The position numbers and the translations under genes were made by a program. A stretch of DNA of 63,319 bases, filler included, from Reclinomonas americana ATCC 50394 (taxonomy: Eukaryota), in the NCBI GenBank assembly GCA_048213135.1. It is 6 parts of 2 records of this genome, joined end to end, with 100 filler letters (N's around TTAATTAATTAA, not from the genome) between each part and the next. Parts side by side here need not be neighbours in the genome. Positions count along the whole stretch, not along the records: positions 10,265 to 22,095 come from PS015144.1; positions 22,196 to 32,556 come from PS015144.1; 4 more parts are not named here. One strand, given 5' to 3'. Under the pieces are notes generated by a model. It searched no databases, was not told the origin of the DNA, and worked only from the letters and a program-made list of their open reading frames with translations. Shown here piece by piece: positions 12,125 to 23,572 of this stretch. The stretch's first letter is position 1, and each line of letters opens with the position of its first letter.

Positions 12125-15068
12125 CGGCCACCATATCGAAGGATGGTCGTCGCCACTGTCGGCGCAGCCGAGCACGCCAATGGCCGCCGACCGCCATTTG
12201 CCGGAGGCGCTTTCCACCAATGAGGCTCTGTTGGATCAAGATGTTCAGGCACCGTACCCGAGGTCCATGTCGCTGGCCGAGATGCCAACTGGTGTCATGA
12301 TGGCGCCAGTAGCGGGCAAACCGAGTTCGCCAGTGGCAGGTGACGGCCCGTGTGCCGACGTGATCGTGAACTCGCCTTTGGCTCTCGAGCTGTCGCCGCC
12401 GCCGCAGAGTGAGGCGCTGATGGTGGTCATGACGCTCTTTTCACCGTCGGCGGCAGTGCCCAGCACACCACACGGTAGCCTGGTGGAGCATGACGCGGAA
12501 CCGCTGTTGGCACTGGCTGGATCGAGCATGTCGTCGCCACCGCACACTCCAGCGGCGGTGGATGTGCCCAAGTTCACCTCGCCGACGTCGGCGGTGCCAA
12601 GTACTCCTCTGGCCAACGAGCTGATCAGACGGCCGACGGTGCAGGCCATTGCCGTGGCGCCGTTCTTTGGAGACCCGTCGCTCGTCGACAATGAACGGCC
12701 GCCAGGCGACATGGACGTGGAGCGCCTGCTGCCGCTTGCCAATCCCAACGACACTGACGAGGTGGCTGGCACCGACGTGCAGATGTGCGAGCCGCCGGGC
12801 AGCTTGCGCCCGACCTCTGCACAGTCGACAATTCCGTGGGTGGATATTCGCGGAGATGAGGAGAAGGAGGAGGTGGGAGAAGATGAGAAGGAGGCGGAGA
12901 AGGAGGAGAAGGAGGAGGAGGAGGAGAAGCGGAAGCATCGTGCTCATGGCGGAGCTTTCGGAGTGTCTGGCGGTGGGATTGCCACAGGCCACGAACAGGT
13001 TGCTGCAGAAGCAGCCGACATGGTTGGCCGCAGCGCCGCCATTGCGGGCCAGGTGCCATCTGCAGTGGAAGCAACAGCAGCTTCTGGAGCTGGTGACGCT
13101 ACGGGTGCTGTGGACGCCGCCGTTGTGGAGGCGGCCCTGAGGTCCGGCGACGTGGAGGCCGATGGTGGCGTTGATGGAGCGGAGCCGCAGCAGGGAGATG
13201 AGGGTGGCGATGGTGATGGCGATGACAACGGCGAATCGCTCGAGTCGCCACTGGCCATGTCGCCGTGGTTGTCGGGCGAGAGCGATGCAGTACCGGCGAC
13301 TCCGCACGCCTTGGAGGCGGATGAGGACGTGGTGGACAGAACAGTAGGTGGCATGGATGGCGACGAGGCGGCCCCCGAGGCTGCCGATTACGAGATCCCC
13401 TCGCAGGATGCACTCGACAGGCAGAGTTCAGTGGCGCCTGCAGACGCTCCGTCGACCCCGTTACCGGCGTCGGCACGCGATGTGATGGCCGAAGCAGACG
13501 ACGGCGAGCTTATTGTGGCAGACCCGGCGCCTGAAGATCACGGCGCTCCATGTTGCGTGACACAGTTGGAAGAGAGGGGAGTCACGCAAATGTGTCGTTA
13601 CCATGTCTCATCCTCCTCCTCCTCTTTTGCAGCGGTCGCCATTCCAGCACTACAGATCGATCGAGTGCCAACCATAGCGTGCGTACCACGCAGAATAGCG
13701 CGATGCCTTTGTGTGCTTCTGCTAGACTCATGTGTGCACTCGCAGTAAACCCCCACCGCCTCCGCCGGTCTCGCTCAAGGAGCTGCTGCAGCCGCGCTCG
13801 ACCATTGACTCGGTAAATCTCCTGCGCCTGGACGAACACGGCGAGACGATGCTCACCGAGGCCGACGACGACATTTTGGTGGTGGCGACCAAGTTTATCA
13901 ACACGGTGTTCCACATGGGCCAGGCGACCCTGGAGCGCAACCGAAGTACGTCCAGATGTAGGAGAGACACTTACCTCTGTGCTTGTTCTCATGATTGGTG
14001 TCATCTCGTGCAGCACTGGACGACTTGTCGTCGTGGTTCATGTCGGTGTTTGATATCTCCATGGACTTTGTCAAGGTGATGGAGTCGCACGTGGTGGACT
14101 GTGACTTCTTCATGGAGCCGATGACACCGCGCACGTATGGTTTCGATTTCCTGAACGAGTACTTGAGAGTGCGTGCCCACGGGAGCCATCTTTTCACACG
14201 CATTCGCACACTCCCACTCTTCCATCGTGCTCACGATGTGTGTGCGTTTTTGTTTCAAACAGGATCTGCCGGCCATTGTGGAAGACATGTCGACTTTGCT
14301 GTCGACCGCTCTGGTGGCGGTGGCCGATCGGTACTCGCAGATCATGGACGCTCAGACGACCGAGAGTTGCGTGCAAAAGGCATGGGAGACACAATATGGA
14401 GACTGGCGTGTAACACTGTGCAATCGCGCAGAGTTGAGCGACAGCGAGTTTGATGCGCGAGTCGACGAGATGTTGAAGCGAACCATCATTCGCTACCTGT
14501 ACATCACCATCCGTCCGATGGCCATCGCATTCGTGAGCACCAACCACGACAACATCCTCAGCGGGCGTGTCTTTGGCAAGTGCCCCGGCGTCTACAGTTC
14601 GATGAATCTGCTGGCCACTGCACTTGCCGACGGCATCCACTGGGTATGTTCGGATCAGGGCGACGCCGATGTGTGGGATATTTTCGACATGGGCCCCGGT
14701 GGCTCCAAGCAGGGCATCAGCACGCCAAAGCCCGCCAGGCGGCAACCGTTCCACGTCAAGCTGCCGTACTTTTTGCACGCGTACATGATTAATGTTGCGT
14801 GATGGTGGCGGAGGAGAGCGAGACGTGGAGATTTCCGAGTTCTCACATGTTTCATTTGTACAGCTAATGTGGTTCTTCTGTTTGCTGGGCGAGGACGACG
14901 CCGAGAATCGAATGTGTATTCAAGACATCTTTGCCCCGACGCGCCGGCGCGGCTCACGCATGCATACGTCGGGTGGCAGTGGCCGCCACAGCACGTCTCC
15001 GTCGCCTTCGGCGTCGCAGCGGTCACCAGCGAGCTCCCATCTCGAGCCGGGCAGCCCGTGGGCGTGAG
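12125..15068 (+). CDS. 3' part of a large protein: acidic/P-rich disordered region, then an unassigned helical domain ending EPGSPWA*
   Basis: Long open exon 12125-13551, then in-frame spliced exons (donors at 13552, ~13679, ~13946, ~14169, 14794). Confidence 0.6.
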
Positions 15069-15585
15069 AGGAAGAAGAGGAGGAGAGAAAATAAGGAGAG
15101 TAGGAATGTGTATAACGATGCAATGTCTCGCAAACACGAACTGAGCACGCAATTTTTCCTTTACTACTCCGAGAGTAGAGAACCGGGGGGGAGAAGCATA
15201 ATACAGGGACGAGACGGGTGCGTGTGTGTGTGAGAGAGAGAGAGAGGTNNNNNNNNNNNNNNNNNNNNNNNNNNNNNNNNNNNNNNNNNNNNNNNNNNNN
15301 NNNNNNNNNNNNNNNNNNNNNNNNNNNNNNNNNNNNNNNNNNNNNNNNNNNNNNNNNNNNNNNNNNNNNNNNNNNNNNNNNNNNNNNNNNNNNNNNNNNN
15401 NNNNNNNNNNNNNNNNNNNNNNNNNNNNNNNNNNNNNNNNNNNNNNNNNNNNNNNNNNNNNNNNNNNNNNNNNNNNNNNNNNNNNNNNNNNNNNNNNNNN
15501 NNNNNNNNNNNNNNNNNNNNNNNNNNNNNNNNNNNNNNNNNNNNNNNNNNNNNNNNNNNNNNNNNNNNNNNNNNNNNNNNNNNNN

Positions 15586-16029
15586 TTCTCAAACGCAGCA
15601 CTTGTGCGGTACTACGAGGAGGCCTTTGGTGTCGTGTCGGTCAACCTTGTGACCGACGTTGGTCACATGAAGCGACGTCAGCACCAGGCGGCGCTTGCAG
15701 CGTCGGGCATCACCACGCCCGCTACGATCGACAGCGACATTCCGTTCTTCCGCCGAGGTGGCGGCAACGGTGGCGGCCGCAACGCTTTGCGTGCGGACGA
15801 CGAGGAAGAAGACGGCGGTGAGGGTCCTCGCAAGAGCCCGGCCGTGTCGCCGTCGCAGCCGACGGCTGTGGCAGCCTCGGCCCCGGCGTCGGCAGGCAAG
15901 GCCACGCTGGCCGTTCCTCGTGGTATCGACGACGAGCACGACGACGACGACGATGAGGGCGCCCCTAATTTGTACGCCCGCGCTGTGCGGAGAAGTCGTT
16001 CAGCCGAGGCTAGCCCGGGCACGCAGTAG
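15586..16029 (+). CDS. Terminal exon of an unidentified gene
   Basis: Open frame from the gap to TAG at 16027-16029 with coding-like codon usage (FSNAALVRYYEEAFG...). Confidence 0.5.
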   Translation, partial: FSNAALVRYYEEAFGVVSVNLVTDVGHMKRRQHQAALAASGITTPATIDSDIPFFRRGGGNGGGRNALRADDEEEDGGEGPRKSPAVSPSQPTAVAASAPASAGKATLAVPRGIDDEHDDDDDEGAPNLYARAVRRSRSAEASPGTQ

Positions 16030-16147
16030 TAGTTTTGTGTCTCCGTCGTGCTCATTGCGTTCAGATTTTTGCTTCTGTTCTCCCCTCCCNNNNNNNNNNN
16101 NNNNNNNNNNNNNNNNNNNNNNNNNNNNNNNNNNNNNNNNNNNNNNN

Positions 16148-18870
16148 GGAGAGGCGTGAGCGGAAATAGAGCGCAGAAAAACGGTTGCTCTCTCTGTCTC
16201 TCTCGGTGCGTACCTGGAGGCACGTTGACGACCACGCGGGACAGCCGCCGGGCCGGCGGGACCATCGGTGGCAGTGGTACCTGGTGAACCGGCACTCGGC
16301 GGTGACATGGCGCCAGTTGGGGGTGACGATGGAAGGTTGGACGGCGGCGGCAGAGCACCCGAACGGTGCGGAGGAATTTCCGGTATGGCAATGCGCTTCT
16401 TGGCCTGATCACAACAAGCAACGCAAAGATGAGTTGGGTGAAATGGCGTGAGACGTGAGACGTGAGTGAGGAGGGCAATCCCCAACAAACCGGCTGTGCT
16501 GGGACACTCGGCTGTCGGGAGGGAATGGGGAGGAACGAAGAGTGCTTCAGATGAGCAACACACTGACATGCATGCAAAACAGGCATCATCAACAAGACTC
16601 CCACCTCGTTGCTGTCAGTGTCAGTGGAAGATGTCGGGGCATCGGCGGCGGCGGCGGGAGGAGTAGCAGGCGCTGACACGGGGAATGGATTCATGAGCTT
16701 CATGCATATCACACACATATGCCATCGCACACACCTTCCTCGACAGTGACATCCGAACTGAAGGCGACGCGAGGGCGAGCACGCTTCGGGGACTACGCAG
16801 GAAAACAATGATTAGTCATGCATCATCGGGCAGCCCACACACACTTGGATGGACACAAACCACAGCAGAGTTGGGCGAGCTGGCCAGATCGCCAGCGTGC
16901 ACACGGTGTGGTGAGCTGGCGGCTGGCGGTGGCGACTTGGCGGCGACTGGCACCGTGTCGTCCTCGGCACGAATGTTCTTGGCCTGCTGCAAAATCTCGT
17001 CCAGCTGCAATCCAGGATCAACTCCCTCGGGCAAATCCAGCAGCGAGCGCAGCGACATGCCAGACACCATGGAGGCCGAGCCGGAGCCCGACAGCGCATC
17101 GTCGTCGCCCTCGTACAGACGCATCATCATCTCGAACTCCTCCTGGTCTGACTTGATCTTCTGGCGCAACTCGTCCACCACACGGCGGTGCTCCAGCAGG
17201 CGGCCCTCCAGAGCAGAAGTCGACTCCGACTGCCCACGAGAGAGAGAGAGAGAACATGATGAGAACACTGCGTTGCAAAATCTCACAGTGCTTTCCGCGA
17301 TACGCACCTCCTTCAGCTGACGCTTCTCCATGTCAGTGCTGCTGTCGCCCAATGCAGCGGCCAACTTTTCCAGTGTGGCGCGCGCTTGGTCCGACACTGC
17401 ATGGTAGTGCTTGACCGTGTCGGCCTCCTCGTCCAGCGCGTGGTGCATGAACTCGCGATTGCGAGCATACTTTTCCTCCGTGGCCTCGCAATGGTGCACC
17501 GTGCTGTCCAGCTTTTGACGAATGGCCAGCAGCTGCAGTGACAGCAGCGTGAGCCATCCAAAGCAGAGATGCAGTACATGACTGATTGTACCGTTCGCTC
17601 AAAGCCCTTCTTCATGGTGAAGCGGTCGGCAATGTTCTTGGTGGCCAACTCCGACAGTTCGCGGTCGACAAACGCACGAACAGCGGCAACCTGTTCGCGG
17701 TTGCGATGCATGCAATCGACCGACGGTTGGAAGTCGTCGTACTGCTGACGTGTCTTGTTCTCCCACTGTAGAAACACGTGACGAGTGAGAAAAAAATGCA
17801 ATCTTGCTGGGAAGTGAAAGCACGACGTTCGCAACAGCTTCACGCTCGGCCTGCTGCACACGCTTCATCTCCGAGACGTCCACTTGTGCGGCACGCACGA
17901 GGTCAATGAGGCGCTGCGAAGACATGCGTTCCTCGTCGTGCACGAGCTTTTGCTCTTGAAGCGAATGCTGCAGAGGTGAAANNNNNNNNNNNNNNNNNNN
18001 NNNNNNNNNNNNNNNNNNNNNNNNNNNNNNNNNNNNNNNNNNNNNNNNNNNNNNNNNNNNNNNNNNNNNNNNNNNNNNNNNNNNNNNNNNNNNNNNNNNN
18101 NNNNNNNNNNNNNNNNNNNNNNNNNNNNNNNNNNNNNNNNNNNNNNNNNNNNNNNNNNNNNNNNNNNNNNNNNNNNNNNNNNNNNNNNNNNNNNNNNNNN
18201 NNNNNNNNNNNNNNNNNNNNNNNNNNNNNNNNNNNNNNNNNNNNNNNNNNNNNNNNNNNNNNNNNNNNNNNNNNNNNNNGATCGTTTCCCCATTCCGTCC
18301 ACCAACCTCAGTCGCTGCACCTTGAGCTGCAGCCTGATGCGCGCCAACCACGCGAAAAACACGTCGCGCTTCAGCACAATGTTGCGACGCTCCTGCAGTT
18401 GGGTTTGCGTGCGAGCGCGGTGCCAGTCGTTGGCCGCCGATGCCTTCTCATACGACTGCTGCATCCGCATCATGTGCGCGGCGCCGACAAATCGGCGCCA
18501 GTCGTCAAAGACGTACTTCATGCGGAGTTTGTCGGGAGTGTGCAACACAAACTGCGAGGAAGAGACATGAGGAGACACAGAGGAGGAAAAAAAAAAGACA
18601 ACTCGCACACAACGCAACAGCCAATTGCCTCTTCTGGCGCTTCGAGTGCTCCGAGTACAGAATCCACGCACGGAAGGCACGAGAGACCAACACGCGACGG
18701 TGCCACTGATAGGCCTTGGCGCGCAGCTGTCGCTGTGTCTGACAGTCTTCCGCAAAGTGGCGCCACTCCGAGAAAGCACGCGCAGTCCACGCCGCAATGC
18801 GGCGACCTTCAAACTTGGTGAGCTCGAACTTGCGCTGCTTCTCGAAAATGGCATTGTCGCGCAGAGCCTG
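16148..18870 (-). CDS. Sfi1/POC5-like centrin-binding repeat protein with coiled coil and S/P-rich tail (gapped; 5' exons probably near 19256-19570)
   Basis: Repeats IAAWTARAFSEWR, AYQWHRRVLVSRAFRAW, KLRMKYVFDDWRR and IVLKRDVFFAW fit the Sfi1 consensus A-x7-LL-x3-F-x2-W. Confidence 0.6.
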
Positions 18871-19730
18871 NNNNNNNNNNNNNNNNNNNNNNNNNNNNNN
18901 NNNNNNNNNNNNNNNNNNNNNNNNNNNNNNNNNNNNNNNNNNNNNNNNNNNNNNNNNNNNNNNNNNNNNNNNNNNNNNNNNNNNNNNNNNNNNNNNNNNN
19001 NNNNNNNNNNNNNNNNNNNNNNNNNNNNNNNNNNNNNNNNNNNNNNNNNNNNNNNNNNNNNNNNNNNNNNNNNNNNNNNNNNNNNNNNNNNNNNNNNNNN
19101 NNNNNNNNNNNNNNNNNNNNNNNNNNNNNNNNNNNNNNNNNNNNNNNNNNNNNNNNNNNNNNNNNNNNNNNNNNNNNNNNNNNNNNNNNNNNNNNNNNNN
19201 NNNNNNNNNNNNNNNNNNNNNNNNNNNNNNNNNNNNNNNNNNNNNNNNNNNNNNNCAGGTACACATACGCATATCGCGCGTGTACAGATAGCACTGTGCG
19301 TGCATGTGGCAAGTGTAAAGGAGAGGAGGCAACGTGCAAGTGCTGCGTGCAATGACCGCGGACATGCGCGCGCGCTCTCTCTCCCTTGTGTGCTTGTGTT
19401 TTGTGCATGCATATTGCCACATGCGCGTGTGCGTGTGTGTGTGTGCGAGTGTGTGTACCTGAGAAGCTGCGCGGTCGAGGCCGCACGGTGCTCCATTGAT
19501 GTTTGAAACAATGCACTTCAGCGACTCTATCACACAGCTGGGACAGATGGAGCTCGCGCGACTGCATCTGTCCCTTCGTTCTTTTTTGGCGCGTTCTTCA
19601 TTCCTGTCTCTGCACGCGTGCCCTTTGCCGTCGCTTTCTGTGTATTGACAACAACGCCTCCCTCTCTCTCTCTCCCTCTCTCTTTCTTTCTTGATCACGG
19701 AGTTCATTGCCACTTGTCAACTCCGCCATC

Positions 19731-21808
19731 ATGGTCTTTTTCCGTTCTCTGTCTCTCTCTGTGTGTGATCTCTCATGTGCTGATCGTATGTCGTAGGGAA
19801 ACACGATTATGAACGGGCATGAGCTGGAGCAGTTGCGCAACTCATACTCACTGGCATCCTCCATCTGATCATGACAGCTTTTTTGATAGGACTCCGGCCA
19901 ATCGTTGGCGATTCTCAGTCGACACTGACTGTTGCGGTCTCGCTTTCTCTCATGTGTCTGATGATCTGTGAGAGTATGACGTTTATGTGTATGCAGCTGG
20001 CGTGGCCACTCGCGACGATGACTTGTACGACGAAGCGGAGATTGTCATTGGCACGAGGCGGTTCTTTTACCGGCACATGCGGACAGCTGATAAGCCACGG
20101 TTTGTGTATGACGCCTTTAGTGCTGTTCTCTGTGCTTACATAGCTGCATTTACAGCGCCGTGGTGTTCATCTTGCATCCGTTCTCCGTGGTGCGCGCGCA
20201 CGTGATGCAAATATTCCGATTTGGGTTTTCTTGTTGTAGTGACATGTGTGGTGTGCGCAGTCGTCGTTTGAGCAAGGCCAGACTGCGCGCTGGTTCCAGC
20301 AGCGAGGTATGTGCGCTGGTGATTGTCGATAGCCTCTCAGTGCGTGATTCTGACTCTCTTGTCAGGTTGCGAGGTGTGTTGTCATGCGGCTGCATGATTT
20401 CCGTCAGCACTCCTCACATGTCACGGCGTGCAGTGCTTCTCCTTGGACTCCATCGGACATGGGCGAACGGTTCGTCTCTTGCACAACGCTGGTGATGGTT
20501 GCCATGGCTCACTTGCACGTTGCAGGAGGGATGGGTGCAGATGATCCGCAACTGGCGCGAGCTGCGTGATGCGCACTGTGCGTTTGCAGAGGCACGGCTC
20601 GTTGAACGTTGCGTTGAGGAAAGGAAGAGGCCTGTCGCACTCCTCTGATCGTGTCTCTTGCGCGCAGACGCCGACCGCCTGAACGTGCCCGTGTTCGTCT
20701 ACGGGTTCGTGTTTCTCTCTCTCCCTCCCTCTTGCATTCGTACTGCCAGCTGACGTCTTTTTCTCAGCGCGTCCATGGGTGGTGCGCTCACGTTTCAAGT
20801 GAGCGCACACCTGGAGGCCATTGGTTGCGTGATGCTTCCTTATTTATGGTGCCTTGAGGCGTCCGAGCTGACTGTTGGTGCACAGGTACCTTTGCGTCTC
20901 GGGGCGGTGGTGCCATCATGGCATCGCCGGCCTTCCGGCTGCCTGGCGCCCCGCGCGGATGCGTCTTGTCGACTCTGCGGTGAGCAAATGGACGTGTGTG
21001 TTGTGCCTCCCTCGCTGTACGTGCGCCAACATTGACATCGTCGGTCAGTGCTGTGGCCGCCTGCTGTCCGTGCTGCGTGGTCACGCGCGAGAGCAACAAC
21101 AACCTGACACGCGATGCCGACAAGCTGGAACGCTTGCCCGACGTGTGGTACGCTCCGACCGCTGCTGCATGTGTACCGTAGAATGTGATTCTCACTCGTA
21201 CACGCAGGGGCTACAAGATCAGCGGCGGTGCGTCCCACCTCCACCCCCGTCGGAAATAATAATAACTCACTCAAATCACGCAGGCGTCAAGGCCAGCACG
21301 GGCGCCTCGCTGATGGACATGGGTGCCGACTGCGTGAGCCGCTTCCACGAGTACACCTCTCCCTTTTTGATCTTTCACGGCACCGGTACGACGGTATCTT
21401 CTTGCCTGCCGCGCAGTACATGAACTGAAGAACGCCGTGAATGACACAGGTGACCTGATGACGACCGCCACGGCATCGCAGGTGAGACAGGGCAAGGTTA
21501 TCACTTCGAGCCACTCTCGGGAGAAGCTCACAATCGCACGCTGCCGCAGGAAATGTACGAGCAGGCACGAACGCCCGCCGACGACAAACGCATCGTGCTG
21601 TTTGACGGCGCCTACCACGTGCTGTCCATTGAGCTGGACGAAGTCACCGATGTTGCGATGGCGGGCCAGTCGCAACAGGAAACGCCAACGACACACACTG
21701 ACCTTGCTTGCCACACAGGTGTACTGGCGAGAGATCGAGGAATTCATCGACAGACGAGTGGCAGCCGCACCGCCGCCCACCGCCGGAGGAGACAACGTAA
21801 TCGAGTAA
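19731..21808 (+). CDS. Alpha/beta hydrolase, monoacylglycerol lipase/lysophospholipase-like (Hydrolase_4); many short exons, start uncertain
   Basis: Spliced motifs CFSLDSIGHGRT, PVFVYGASMGG (nucleophile Ser), PFLIFHGTGDLMT (Asp) and FDGAYHVL (His). Confidence 0.85.
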
Positions 21809-21927
21809 TGCCGACACCTCATCTCATCATCATCTTCGTTATGCAAACGGCGGGCAGCAGTGTGTAATATGAAGCCTACAAATTGTGAACATCTAACGCG
21901 CAAATCGATTTCCCCCCACAAGTCTCC

Positions 21928-22219
21928 TCAGTGCGACTCATCCATGCCAGCCGCAGCGCTCTGCTGACCGAGCTGCGCCACATGCTGAATCGTGTCCCAG
22001 TACCTGCAAATAGAACAGATCAACATTCGAGAAGCACACACAGACGACGCCAGCTCTCTCCTCTCCGTCTGAGTCTTACACATTGATCTGCTTCGNNNNN
22101 NNNNNNNNNNNNNNNNNNNNNNNNNNNNNNNNNNNNNNNTTAATTAATTAANNNNNNNNNNNNNNNNNNNNNNNNNNNNNNNNNNNNNNNNNNNNTCCTT
22201 CCTTCTCCCCGTCCTCCTC

Positions 22220-22262
<43 letters not shown>

Positions 22263-22711
22263 TGTGTGTGTGTGTGTGTCTCTCTCTCTCTCCATGCATT
22301 CCTCCTCGAGTCTGCATCTGCCTATTTCATGGCCTTTCCACATTCCCTTCTTCCTCCCCACTCTCTCTCTCTCTCCCTCTCTCCCTCTCACTCTCCCCCT
22401 ACACACTCACCGCTTCGTGCACGTCTGCAAGCACTCAGTCTCCGAGCTGCTCAATCGCGATCCCACCTTGCCCACGCACCGCTTCCAGCACGTCTTGGTG
22501 AACTGCAACTGCGCCATGTGATTCTGCTGCGCAACCTGCAACTGCATGCTCAGCTGCTGCAGCTCCTGCAAAAAGAGAGGAGGGCGAAATGTTCAGCAAA
22601 ACAAAACAAAACGCACACAAACAAACAACATGCACGTGTGTGTGTGAGAGAGAGTGTGTGCGTGCGTGTGTGCGCAACTCGCATGTCGCGTTCTGCTTGT
22701 GCGTTTGCCAT
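21928..22711 (-). CDS. TIM8: Mitochondrial small Tim chaperone, Tim8-like (exons 22711-22679, 22565-22411, 22003-21928)
   Basis: Twin CX3C: TCWKRCVGKVGSRLSSSETECLQTCTKR|YWDTIQHVAQL. The last intron spans the linker gap at 22096-22195 in matching phase. Confidence 0.85.
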
Positions 22712-22763
22712 TGTGTGACTGTGTGTTTGTGTGTGTGTGTAAATTTCGTGTGATTGTGTTGGA

Positions 22764-22938
22764 ATGTCGTGGCGAGGTCGCTTGTCGCAAGGCTTGCAAG
22801 AGCTGCGCTTTGTGGCGTGTGGAGAGGGTGCGAGCAGCAAGGGCGTGAGGTGAGTGCGCAGAGAGGGAGAGAGAGAGACACGGAGAGAGACGCTCAATGA
22901 CGCACGCACAGAGGAAGAGAGAGAGAGGGAGGGAGGGA

Positions 22939-22982
<44 letters not shown>

Positions 22983-23448
22983 GGAGGGAGGGAGAATACG
23001 CACAACTGTGACACATGAACGGCACCGATGAAGATGCACACACGCACTCTCTCTCTCTTCTCTCTCACACACACTATCGCACACATCAGTGATGCCTTCA
23101 TTCACTCTCACGTTTGTTGTTTTGTGCGTGTGTGTGCACGCGCGTAGGGACTTTGTGCAAAAGAACTACTCTGAGCTGCGGCTTCTCAATCCGGGAATGG
23201 GCCTGCGTGTGCGTGAGGCGGCTGGTGCTTCGCCGCAGGTGGTGGCCACGTTCAGTTGCGTTTGTGCATGAGAGAGAGGAGAGCTCTGCACACATGCGTC
23301 ATCTGGATGCAGTGATCGCCTCTCTGCCTCCTGATTCTGCTGTGCCTTTGTTGCAGAGTCGGGCGATGAGCGCGCCGTCAGCCTGGCGAACCTGTCGGAC
23401 GCTGAGGTCGGTGGTGTCATCAAGGGCTTTGCCGATGGCAAGGAATGA
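22764..23448 (+). CDS. NDUFA2: Complex I accessory subunit B8 (3 exons)
   Basis: MSWRGRLSQGLQELRFVACGEGASSKGVRDFVQKNYSELRLLNPGMGLRVREAAGASPQVVATFKSGDERAVSLANLS.. matches the CI-B8 family. Confidence 0.9.
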
Positions 23449-23572
23449 GTGTGTCCAACTCGCTGGCTTGTTTGTGTGTGCATGTGTGCGTCGCAGTGAA
23501 GCGCATGTTCTCCCACGTTTGCACTTCATTCTTTGCTCGTGTTCCCTGCATCATCATCGCCACCGTTGCATC

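Noticed and set aside
13552-13558. Reading GTTGCG donors as non-canonical G|TT introns
   Set aside because: Moving the cut by one base breaks the frame or loses the AG acceptor. GT-AG boundaries restore conserved motifs.
21860-21870. TGTAA as a green-algal-type polyadenylation signal (also after the CDK10 and PILS stops)
   Set aside because: Too few cases, and TG-rich UTRs make chance matches likely. Needs 3'-end data.
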